Shown here in pieces: positions 36,101-47,545 of a stretch of DNA of 51,082 bases. The notes under the pieces were generated by a model. That model was not told the origin of the DNA. It made no database searches and saw only the letters and a list, made by a program, of their open reading frames with translations. The first letter of the stretch is position 1; every line of letters begins with the position of its first letter. Origin of the DNA: Catajapyx aquilonaris (Eukaryota); contig JYFJ02000123.1 of the NCBI GenBank assembly GCA_000934665.2, positions 124,001-175,082 on the forward strand, written 5' to 3'. A program made the translations under genes and the position numbers.

Positions 36101-39100
36101 ATAATTTACATTACGATGTCTTTTTAATGATCCCAAAATGTACGCTTCATATGTCTGCAGAGATGTAATATCTCAAGTACCATCACTGGTGCACTCTAAC
36201 AAATGCAATTTATTACAGGATAGCCAGCTTTTATGAATTAGCCATCCCTGCCATAACATCTGTTCTGGCCAATATCAACTCGCCAATCAAAACTGATATC
36301 CTCCGACGTGTGAAGGCTGCCAAGGAAGCCTTGTTGAAGACATTTCGTACCATCCTTCTGGCAACTTGCATTGAACCCCTTTTAGATGACTCAACAGAGG
36401 CCACCAGGCATCAGAATGCAGAAGACTTCGTGCAAGTGCTAACGTGGTGCATCTCAGAAAAGCTGTTTATATGCGACTACGACCTGGTGTACCCAATCAA
36501 AGAAGATTTCCACCTGCTGGAACAGGCTGGAATCACAATGTATCCATTTTTGTGAGATGTCAATTTTTAAACTGATACATATTAATTTTATTTACCTTAA
36601 CAAAATGAGCAGTGATAAGACTAGAATCGACTACATGATCCAGGCGATTGCAGCAGACAAAGAAGGCATCATGCTCATGAAGGAGGAGTGGGAGCCTGGG
36701 AGTGCACTTCAGGTTGAAGCGGCTTGCAATGGGACCTCGCATGTATGTGGTGCATTATTATTAACCCCCTTGAGCCCCAGCTATACCTGTCAGTGCCTAG
36801 TTTTCCTCTTACACTTACTCTGAAGATATGGATAATATACAGGGTGGAGCAAAAGTCATAGGCGGGTTTAGACGACACAGCAAGGCGTAAGTAACGAACG
36901 ATTATATATTTTTAAATTACACTACACAGAGAAAGATATGCCATTTGTGGATCAAGGTCCAAAAAAGTCACTGCTTGAAAACAACACCGTATAGATGTCC
37001 ACCTTTGCGGCAGCACATATTCCTCCAAAAGCTGGCGATACCCTTCATAACGAGCTCCAGCATGTCCAGGGAAATGTTTCTCACGGCTTGTCTTATCTGA
37101 TCCTTAAGATCAGCCAATGACTGAGGACGTGTGGCGAACACCAAACTCTTCAGGTAGCCCCACAAGCTGCCTACAAGAAGAAGTCGGGGATGGTCAAATC
37201 CGGCGACCGCGATGGCCAAGGAATGTCCCCAAATCTCGAAATGACCCTCCCAGAAAACACTTGACTTTTAATTTGTTCGGTGTTCGCCACACGTCCTCAG
37301 TCACTGGTTGATCTTAAGGATCAGATAAGACACGCCGTGAGAAACATTTCCCTGGGCATGCTGGAGCGCGTTATGAAGGGTTTCGTCCAGCTTTTGGAGG
37401 AATATGTGCTGCCCGCAAAGGTGGACATCTATACAGTGTAGTTTTCAAGAAGTGACTTTTTTGGACCTTGATCTATAAATGGCATATCTTTCTCTGTGTA
37501 GTGTAATTTTTTTCAAATATAATCGTTCGTTACTTAGCCATGCTGCGTCGTTTAAACCGGCCCATGACTTTTGCCCCACCCTGTATTTTACACAAAATGG
37601 AAGCTATACTTGCCTGATCAAGGAAAACACTATGAATGTCTGGAACAATTTTTCTCGTCTAGAAGTCTCGAAATTAATTTCCAAAAATATCGCTGTAAAA
37701 CTCGAAATTCGAGCACTTCCGGCCAACTACTTGGCTGATTTAATTATGAAATCTGTTAAAATGCACGGAATAACTATACTGAGAATAGTGCCAGGCGAAT
37801 TTTCTGAAATCGTTATCCTTTGCGAGATGTAAATTATTTATGATCTGCTGCTTTCCTGTTACTTCGAAAATCTCCCAAATTTATTTATTTCTCGCGAAGT
37901 ACGACGATTTCCGCAACTTCGTCTGGCAAGGTTCTCATGGTTAATATTCCGTATATTTTAATGTATTTCATAATTAAATCAGCCCAACAGGTGGCTGGCA
38001 GTTCTCGCATTTCGAGTTTTTTTACAGCGACCTTTTTGCAAATTAATTTAGGAACTTCTAGAGGAGGAAAATTGTTCCAAACACATTCATAGCATTTTCA
38101 AGGAACATGTAAGTATAGCTGTTATTATTTGTAAAATATTGTCCTTATCTTCAGAGTACGTGTAAGGGCAAATCTAGGCGGTGGCCTAACGGTTGGCCAG
38201 TAGTAATTGAATTTCAAGTTATTACTTTTGAAAATCAATATAGGGACTTCTAGACGAGTGGAAATTATTTCCAACGCATTCATAGTGTAGACCATGAACG
38301 TGTAAGTGTATCTGTTATTATTTGTGAAATAGCTTGTCCTTATCTTCAGAGAGTCATAAACTTATAATTTTTTAGGTAATCGTTAATAAATATCGAAAAC
38401 GCGCATTAATTTCATAACAATCGAAGTTTTCAAATATTTTTAGATGTCACGGGCCCAAAAGGGCTCCTCTACACCGGGACCCCTCCCAACAGGTAAATAA
38501 TTGCATGGGTCGAAATATTCGGATGCAAAGGCGCAATTATTTGTACTCCAATTGGCTCTGCTTTTAAACATGGCTATACCCAATGAATAAAAATTAAGCA
38601 CTCCAAGTAAGTGATTTGTACTCCAGATTAAAGTCTGGAGTGCAAACTCTGCATCTGGACAAAAATGTTAAAATTCGACCCCTGTAATTGTCTGCTGTAA
38701 GTAATACAGGTGACCCGAAAAATTAATTATCAATAATAATAATAGCTGGCTAAGCCCCCCGTATAAACTTTTTAGCCCCCCCTTCAAAAATTCTCATGCA
38801 ATGAAAAATTCAAGATACTGGGAAAAATCATATTTTTCGAGTTACGTTAAAGCTATGTCAATAAAGAACATGAATTATGACCATCAATACTGTTTGTTAA
38901 CCATAACGTCACTTATCTGGTGAGAGATCCTTTCAAACTAAATGTTTGAAAGAAATTTGACTTCCTTAACCTCTGAATAGCTAATTTTTATGGTTCTTGT
39001 ACATTGGCACTGCTGGAAATACTGTATGAAGGGACCGACCTTTCTACATCCAATGTGTTTACAGTAGGCCTATAGGAGGATTTCACTGCAGCCTACTTTG

Positions 39101-41334
39101 TCAGTTACATTCACCTAAGCTTGTGTGACCTTGCTCCCCCNCACCTCCCCAGCGGCAGGCTTATTTCAACATGCCTTTTTTGCGGTTCTCAAACTTCCTT
39201 ACTATAAGCTCTCTCTCACTCTCAACAGTATTCACTCAATGTTGGTGCCAATTGAGGTGACTACAGTTTTGAAATGGATGGTAGTCAGGTAGTTGAAAAT
39301 AAGGGTCAGATAAATATCTAGAATTGATCCAGATGGGCGGGCATATGCGAATATTATGCATGACATGTTCCAATGACACTTACACTAATGAAATTGTTGC
39401 AGGAAGTGGACGAGGTCACCCAGGCACAGAGCCAAACACCTTTACCAGTACAGGAACTATCAGGGGTCGAGTTGGATTCTCTGATCAGTTTGGTGAAAGA
39501 TGTCCTTCCTGAATTAGGGGATGGATTTGTGGAGGAATGCTTGAAGGAGTACTCCTATAGTGATGAGGCTGTGATCAATGCCATCCTGGAGGGCTCCCTT
39601 CCACATAGGCTCCGGAAACTAAACCGAAGCAAGGCTCGCAGTAAACCCGAAGCACCCTTGGTCGATGCTATCTCCGAACGTGCCAACATTTATGATGGGG
39701 ATGAGTTTGACGTGTTCAACAGGAATGATGTGGATTCAACAAGGATACACAAAGGGAAAAAGAAGGACTACAAAGACTTCAAACAGATGCTTAATGACAA
39801 GACTGCAGTTCGTGATCTGAAGAAGGTCGGTGCTTTTGATGTGTTTGCATCAGTGGAGGTAGAAGGTGGCAGCTACTATGACCAGTATGATGATGAGTAT
39901 GATGACACTTACGATGATGGTACGGCTGCAACAGAGGAGCCAGCTGAGCAGGAAGATTGGATCAGGTATGTCATATAAATGGCATTCATATTGTCCATGA
40001 AGGTATGGTGCTTATGTATCAGACATTATATAAATGTGCCTCTTTAAGTGGCTTTAATGTTTGAAACTATGTATTTAAGGCACTTGGATGCATTTTTTTC
40101 CATTTTCTTCTGCATCAGGAATGCCCCTAAGCATTTTTGTCCATTCTGGTAATCATTTAAAGAAGAGTTGTAACATAAACAAGTTACAATACTACATATT
40201 ACAGGGGAGCATCGAATATCCGAACAGAGTCTGCCCAGGGGGTGTTCGGAAAACTGATTGTTCGGATAACCAATCATTTACGGGGAAAAATTGTACCGGT
40301 GTCATAGGAGCAATACGAAACCAAGAGCTAATGACGAAACTAAGAAACAGTGATATTAACCACAAAACTGTATTTTCTGTCACAGGCACGTCTTAAAAAT
40401 ACTGTACATATACCTTACTGTCCTTACATGAAGTAGCCCTACAGTTTAGGGGGAAAAAAGACCAATTTTTGCCGACCTGAAAACGTTTGGTTAACCGATG
40501 GTTCGGTTGATCGGTGTTTGGATAATCAATGCTCCACTGTAATTATATTTCATATAATTAATATGTAGTACTGTAACTTGTTCAGTTTTAAGTTCAGTTT
40601 AAGTCAACAAACAGCTGCAGTATGACTGCAACACTACCAGATCCGTGTGACAAATTAATGTTGTTCTCATGTAATTAAAGTTGTCAGAATGTGCTTGTAC
40701 TGTATCATTCAGAAAGATGAAGAGGATATGGCATTTAGGTTTCATGCGAAGTTGTCTTCATATTTTTGAGTGGATAAGATACTTTAGCAAGAGAAATCTT
40801 TCTTAATTGCTAATAGTGGTTCTCACTTGATGGATTGCTAGAGAGAGTGACCAAATGCACACTGACCATATTTCCAGGCCATTGAATCGCAAGCTCAATG
40901 AGATGCCAGACCCTGAATCTGAACCAGAAGAGCCTGAGGAACAGCCACAAGCAGAGAGCAAGCCAAAAGACTGCTTTGTGCCTAATCCAGCTGAACTAAG
41001 GGAAAAGGCAGACCGCAGAAGGGCAGAAAGAGAAGCACGGAGAAGGCCACGTGGAGGAGCGAGGGGAGGGGGAGGGAGGGGTGGGGGAGGGGGAGGTGGG
41101 GGTGAAAAAAGTGGTACAAAAAGTAGTGAAGCTGCAGGAGGAGGGGCAAGACCTAAAGAGGTGCCACATGAAGAAGGAGCTGTGGGCGGCAGTATTGGAC
41201 AAGGTGCTGGTAGTGGAAGAGGCAAGCCCTCGGAAAACCAAAGACGTAAAAAGGAGGCTCACAAGTCATCACGAGCCAACCATGACAGAAAGTCACAAGC
41301 CCAGTGGAAAAGGGGGAAAGGGATGCTTCCTTGA
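33128..41334 (+). CDS. ASCC2: Activating signal cointegrator 1 complex subunit 2, 771 aa; exons 33128-33148, 33205-33279, 33351-33508, 34251-34437, 35289-35692, 36219-36539, 36613-36742, 39403-39965, 40878-41334
   Basis: DLHWLLRLPHSKFWSQ, VFLRMATYKES, IYDHFLFDIPKLMELCVL, CUE domain (LISLVKDVLPELGDGFVEECL...VINAILE), RANIYDGDEFDVF, YDDEYDDTYD and C-terminal KSSRANHDRK...KRGKGM match ASCC2. Splice phases are consistent. Confidence 0.93.
33791..34143. mobile_element. pogo/Tigger-like MITE in ASCC2 intron 3
   Basis: Perfect inverted ends TACAGTAGAATCCTGATTATCC ... GGATAATCAGGATTCTACTGTA with TA at both ends. Confidence 0.85.
34584..35043 (+). mobile_element. tRNA-derived SINE in ASCC2 intron 4
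   Basis: A-box-like TGGTAGCGGAGGGG and B box GGTTCGAACCC in the head, a (TA)n/A-rich tail, and an 11-bp direct repeat ACTTGTTAGTG at 34573-34583 and 35044-35054 (target-site duplication). Confidence 0.85.
36540..36612 (+). other. Putative U12-type (minor spliceosome) GT-AG intron of ASCC2, 73 nt
   Basis: 5' end GTATCCATTT, branch site ACCTTAAC at 36594-36601, CAG ending 11 nt later, no polypyrimidine tract; removal restores the frame (GITIDKTRIDY). Confidence 0.8.
36795..38179. mobile_element. Outer palindromic element, interrupted in its left arm by the 36840-37583 element
   Basis: GCCTAG...TTACAC.TACTCTGAAGATA.GGA.AATA[insert]TTTTAC...AGCTATACTT is the reverse complement of 38111-38179; the arms continue to pair between about 37586-37752 and 37965-38135. 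A partial extra arm lies at about 38243-38350. Confidence 0.75.
36840..37583. mobile_element. Tc1/mariner-derived foldback element made of two inverted 3' ends
   Basis: TA|CAGGGTGGAGCAAAAGTCAT ... ATGACTTTTGCCCCACCCTG|TA with arms of about 300 bp; the minus-strand ORF 36968-37219 reads LWGYLKSLVF..RPQSLADLKDQIRQAV..I...ML......GGHL..VVFK, typical of a Tc1/mariner transposase C-terminus. Confidence 0.85.
40200..40541. mobile_element. pogo/Tigger-like MITE in ASCC2 intron 8
   Basis: TACAGGGGAGCATCGAATATCCGAAC ... GTTTGGATAATCAATGCTCCACTGTA, imperfect inverted ends with TA. Confidence 0.72.
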
Positions 41335-41487
41335 TGAATATAATATTGTACTTAATTGTACTCACTGTCGGAGTATTAAAATGTTATTTCATTGACATAT
41401 TTTGAGTAGTATTTTTATTTTTTCTTATTTAATTACTGGTTTGGTATCTGTCAGTCTTATGTGGGAGTGAGATCAGGAGGGAGGCTG

Positions 41488-44400
41488 TCATTTCTTCCAT
41501 TGGACTGCCTCCATAGTCCACATCTGGCTCGGGATGCCATTGCAATCAGACAAGGTCAGGCTTTCAGAACCTCTGGGAGGGAGGTCCAGGCAGAGGCCAC
41601 TCTGTCTGTGTACCATAGTTTTCCTCTGGAATAATGAAATTGGTTGTACAGTACATGTTAAAATAACATTCACTTTGTATTTTGTGGGAAGTCAGTGCTG
41701 AGATTGAAGTAACAGGTTTTACCTCTCTGTTGTAGGACCATTTTTGTCTCTCAAGCTGATTGCAGGGAACCAAACGTGCTTCCACCGTTGGCGCATTTGT
41801 GTCTAGTGCATCCAAACATATTGACTCGTCTGTCATGAGATACCCATCTGGATGCATCACAAAGAGCTGGGGCATGTAGACCTCAATCACACAGTCACCA
41901 ACGGATGCCAGACCACTTGGCTGGTTCACACCACCCTTGCTCTTGGGACGCTGCAGACACTTGCCGCTGTCAACATTTCGCACCTGGAAAGGCAAGGTAG
42001 CTTTACATTTACCGTTTATGTACTGCCTTCTGAGGCAACACTGCATACTCTATCTTTCAGTGTCTATGAAATGTAGTGTTTAGGGAATGACACTGTCATG
42101 CAAAAGGTAGATTTCAGAGATTATGCAGCACCTTTCCAAAGAATCTGTCATCTTTGGGTAGAAAGTGTTGTGGCCACACATTGTCCAAGTACCATCCAAA
42201 GTTCTTGCATTTGAGCCGCTTTCTGAGGAGGATTCTCTGTCGCAATGACTGTGTGTCCCTGAGCCTGTCAGCTTCAGGGTTGAGTCGGAAGTAGAAGTCT
42301 GCCCAATCATCCATCCACACCTGAGCTACACGGGCCAGGTTGGAGTAGAGAACGCCACCCATGCCCCCTTCCCGAGGAAAGGTGTAAGGGGAAGATTTCC
42401 GGAATATATGTCCCACATGGGAGCATGGGGCAATCTCGACACTCCCACCACACATCCAGTTCTGCAGGTCAAGGGTGAAAGTGTCAGGCTTGTACCCTAA
42501 TTATTTTGCACACAAGTCACTTACTCGAAAGGAAAGTTCCAAATTCTCTCCACCCCAGATATCCATTTGCTCATCGTATGCCCCAATCTCATAAAAATAC
42601 TCCCGGTCAATAGAGAACAATCCTCCAGCCATAACAGGTGTGTGAAAGGGCTGGGTTGGATCAGTACGCCTTCTGTCCATCTCACGGCCACCAACAGTGA
42701 ACCACCGGAAGTGCAACTCCCAGTTGAAGGCGCCCCAGTGCATCTCAAAACTTCTCACGTAGGAAAACGAGTCATCACTAATTATGTCAATCACTGGACA
42801 GACTATGCGAGTGCGATTCTGTGACACTGGCTGCAGGAGAGGTTCTAGCCAACCTGTTTCATAGAGAGAAAGTGATAACATTTTTCCATCTAATAAATGT
42901 GGGCATTTCTTAGCATGCTTATTTTTAATTTTGTTAACTTCAAATGAAAATATTATTGGAAAGTGCAATGCATATGGCATTATTACAAGTTGTACCGTAC
43001 CTGGAGTGACTTCGCAGTGGGCATCAAGAAATGTTAGCACATGGCCCTTAGCCTTCTCCGCACCCAGCAGCCGAGCTTGAATCAACCCAACCCTCTTGTC
43101 CGATCGGTACACTCTGGTCTCAACAGACAAGTTTGCCACATATTGGTCCAGCGGGGCCTTCAGGAACTCTGCAAGAGAATCCTATTGAAACTTTCTGCAA
43201 CTTGGTTTTCTAAAGGAATGCAATTAAGATGGGAAGATTGGGAGTCCCACCGCGCAGGGTTTTTCATTCTGGATAGTACTTTGGCTTATGCTTCTGTATA
43301 TATATTTTTTTTTGCTTTATTATGAATACTTACTCCTGTCGCTAGCATCATCCACCAGTATGATCTCCCGCAGCAGAATCCTGGGTGACCTGTTGATAAC
43401 GCTGTGCACTGTCCTCAGCAGAGTGGACCAAGCCTCGTTGTGAAACACAATAATGATTGATGTATCTGGTAGTGACGACAAATCCACCTTATTCTTCTGG
43501 CACCTATAATGAAATGGGTTGGAAACTTTGCACGCAAAAAAAAGTAATTAGTCCTCCTCCCACACCCTCTCTTCCCATGAAATCTGGCGTCAATGTCTTC
43601 GATCTTCCACGGATTCAATTGGTCTCGCGGGGACAAGCCTTCTTCCCTTTCCCCATAAATTACATCACGCTTTTTTAGACTCCCCCAAAAAACGGAGAGA
43701 GGTAGAGGAACTTTGCGAAATTCCCCAAACGGGACGTTTTTTTTTTNTTACTACTTTTTAACCAGATCGAATGGGGTTGAAGCCGATAGTTTCGAAGCGA
43801 AGCATGCACGCGCCTTTTTAACATTCGCCCATTTTCAGTACCGGTACGGGAAAAAAAAACAGGTTTTAACTCGAAAATGCGCGTGATAATAGTGTGTGTA
43901 AATCGAATGCCGTAAATGGAAGTCAATCTCGGTACGGGGTATATAAAGTCGAAGATAGACGAGCATAAAAAGGAAGGCGTCCTAAGTATGGGAGGGAAGT
44001 AATGATAAGCGAAACCATAATAATAATACTGTTATGTCTGAATCAGATTTCGTGCGAGACGGTGCAAGAGCCAAAAAAAATATTATGTCTTAAAATTTTC
44101 GTGCGTGAAGAATTTGTAAAATTAGTATTCTCCAGAGTCCAGACACACGTGTGTAAAAAGCATAATTATGGCATACCGTATACTGTAAGTAGCCGTCTCA
44201 GAATAGCTGTCGCTTATTTCAAAATCACTAATGGCAATTTAACATACGTAGTCTGAAGCTTGCTCACTAATTAAGCATTAATTGGTCAATTTACCTTTTC
44301 TTTCTGACGTCAGGCAGTGTGCGATTAACCGAAATGCGATCGGAGGCCATCAGATTGAATCTGTTGATCTGAAACAGCTTCTGCATCTTCTTCATCTCGT

Positions 44401-44855
44401 AGCTTGGGATAAGCACAGGCTGACCCTGGTCACCAGCCCCGGGTTGAGGGTCATACATGTTGGCATTGAGGATATCTACACAACCGAAACCAGTTAACGC
44501 ACGAAATCCTCGCAACAAAAAAAAAAAAAAACTACACAAAACTGAAAACCATCCATAACCTTCAGTCAAGTTGGGCGAGTTGATCCAAGGCAGGTCATCG
44601 CCCATGTAGTGTCCAACCACCACATGTATCCCCCTCTTGTCAATGTACTCCGTTTGATGACTCCTACAAAATGAGGAAGTGCCAATTAGCATTCTGTCGC
44701 CATCAGAAGGCGGAAACTTACCTTCTGGGCGACCATGGGTCCTCCGATGTGGCTGGTGGTCTCCATCTAAGCAGCACCAGACTGGTGGCCAATGCTGCCG
44801 AGACCAGCACCAGAAGCGCCATTCGCAGGAGCCGTCTCCATGGCCTGAGTCTCAT
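41488..44855 (-). CDS. Polypeptide N-acetylgalactosaminyltransferase (GT27, ricin-B lectin C-terminus), 604 aa; exons 44855-44722, 44663-44560, 44475-44295, 43503-43334, 43168-43001, 42853-42525, 42461-42132, 41983-41723, 41625-41488
   Basis: Type II membrane anchor ([20 protein letters not shown]), [49 protein letters not shown] (DxH), [38 protein letters not shown] and QxW lectin repeats. Confidence 0.95.
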
Positions 44856-47486
44856 GGCCCTGTCAGAAAGAAGATGCAGATGATGGAGACTTGAAGGCGC
44901 GAATGAGAAGAGGTTGACGCCCTGCCCAAATTATATTATAGGGAAGAGAAGAAAGACCCCTTTCTTTAATCCCAGCTGAGTGGAAAGGTTGCCGACCCGC
45001 TTCCTGGTTACAAATAGTTGACGACCGTAAGGTTCTTGAGAAGATTGTTTTGCATTCCCTCGATGTCACGGAGAGACGACAATGCCGGATCGTAACGGGG
45101 GAAAGCGGATTCAAAAGGATGGCGGCTAACCCATGTTAATTTGTTGTGTAGGTTAACGGGGGAAGTGATTCCGATTACGACACAACTGGTGTTAACTGTG
45201 AATTCAATACTGTGGATTACAATGAAAGTGGTCGGCTTGAGGGAGGACCTTAATTTTTGCGCAACATTAAATTCTCAATTTAATATACGATACCGGTTCG
45301 GTGCCCTCAGAATGCATCAGTGACTTTGAAAGCTGGTTACCTTTGGCGTATTTAATCAATGTTACGCCTGTGCATACAGCGTGTATTTATAGCCCTATAG
45401 TTACCTGTGAGTGTACACTTGTTAGGATATGCCAACACTATTATTTTTAGCAGTTGCCACATAAGGCTAAAAAAGACGCCTAAGTTGTCCTTCAATAAAC
45501 ACATCATACTTTTCGCACAAAAAAATGGCAGGACCCTAAGACCAGTCCAAATATGCTGGCTAGAGAAGACCCAACGTTTTTCGCAACCAAACGTGTTCTG
45601 CGAGTCATCTTGGAGCCCCCCAAACCACCATTTAATGCGGAATGAATCATTTCATTCCACTCTGTTGGCTATCACGCCAGAAAGTCATGGGTGTGAGCGC
45701 ATCCTGCTTTGGTTAGGCTTCTATCCCCTCTCTTGCTCTTTTTTTTTGGAGGAAAATAACATGGGGGCCGTTGACATGATTGTGACGAGCGAGGGCATCG
45801 TCGTATTCAACTGGTAACCTCAATCAGCTTCCGGCAGGTCGATTGGTTCTGGCCGCGATTCATTAGTGAAGTATATGTATTCAGGAAGGGAAGCTGTTAT
45901 TGCTGACGGTGGGACATCAATCAAGTTGTCTGAACCCAGGGTATGGCATCCGAAACACTCAGTTCATATAGTGTGCTGACCTGTTAAGGGGTGTGAATGC
46001 GTGGTATGCGTATATGCGTTATGTGACCTACAATAGTTTTAAAATAGTGGTTAGTACACTCCATAATATTACAAGACGGATATACTATCTATCATAAAAT
46101 GCAAGGCAGGTCACTGCATTCAGAGCATGCATAATATGTTGAGCATGCAAAGATTGCAATGAGAATCGAGTTAATGCCCTGCATGTGTAACGTGCCGACG
46201 CATCCGTTCCCGTATGACGAAACATGCATTGTATTCCCCATCACAATAATTGCACGTGGGTTATCCTAATCAAAAAAAAATTGCATTAAATACCTTATGA
46301 TGGTTAGTTAAAAAAAAGCAGCCTATTCGCTAATAGTGTCGTTTAATGTACTAACCAGATGTAACCGAGCGGGTGCGGTGTCAGCTTCCATGAGCGACAA
46401 TGAAATTAACCTGACACAATTGCCCTACTAAGTTTACATTCCCTAACTTTTCGTAAGCAGCTCTCCAATATCCTCTGGAGTTTTAACAAAATTAGCCACA
46501 CCCGCAAACGCTGCAAATGGCAAAAAACCAGCCTTAAAATTACTTCCAAGCCCTCTTGAGCAGAAGGGGGGCTGGAATGAGAATACTTGTGAACATGGGC
46601 GTTGGGGCTAAGAAATTCCTTCCTTTGTCTCCTTCATATTCACAGGTGAACAGATGAAGACGGGTATTTAGATTCACCTCACCTGTGATTAGGGCGTCCA
46701 GGGCGTCCACACACTCACACACTCACACACATGATGGTCTACACTCCTTCTGGCTTGTTTCAGTATGGTGAATCCAAGGCCGTGATGCGTCCAGAGTGGC
46801 CGCCAGGTAGACTTGGAACGAAATGGAAAGTTGCGAGGTCGTTCTCCCAGAACCGCCCAGGGAGAATTTTTTTTTATACGGCTCCAGCAGTATATACAAA
46901 AAACGGACGGCGTTCACCTGGGTGAGCGTGATGTAAGCACGGGATGGGCAGAGTGTTTGAACATTGCCTGTTGTTTACTCAACAATGCACGATTCCAGAT
47001 GGGATTGTCTGGTGGAGTTGGAGTATCCTTTGTTGGAGTTGCTTTTGAAATTTGGATGGTCAAGGGCAGGAGTGAGGTGACATTTTTAGGGGAGAATTAG
47101 TCATTTTTTGGTGGTACGTGTACATTGCCTGGTGCCAGGTTGCAGGGGAAGCCTGGGCGGAAATTCCGAGAGAGCCAATCAGAGAGGCAGTCTTATTGTG
47201 TGATTGTTTTTCGCGGAATTTTCGCATACTTTGGTATGGAGAGGTCGTGCCAGCCTCGAGATATGCGGAGATTCATTTTGCTATTCAGCACATTAATATG
47301 ATTCAACGAATGCCATGAGATTTTTTCGGAGAATGTGAAACTCTCGGTGAAACTTCATGGGAAATTGATATCCTGGACTGTACTGTTGTAGTATTCTAAG
47401 GATAAAATTGAACAGAATTCGACCTCTCTCCAAATAGAGTGTATACCATAGGACTACGCTTACGTATAGGTTTTGGGATATGGTTC

Positions 47487-47489
<3 letters not shown>

Positions 47490-47543
<54 letters not shown>
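47490..47543. repeat. (CT)n microsatellite
   Basis: Perfect CT dinucleotide run. Confidence 0.97.

Positions 47544-47545
<2 letters not shown>

Noticed and set aside
36761..36790. TTAA-CCC start resembling a piggyBac terminus
   Set aside because: No matching right terminus ending in GGG-TTAA was found.
45761..45813. Possible first coding exon MGAVDMIVTSEGIVVFN followed by GTAACC
   Set aside because: No downstream exon or homology could be linked; the 45-51 kb region shows no supportable CDS.
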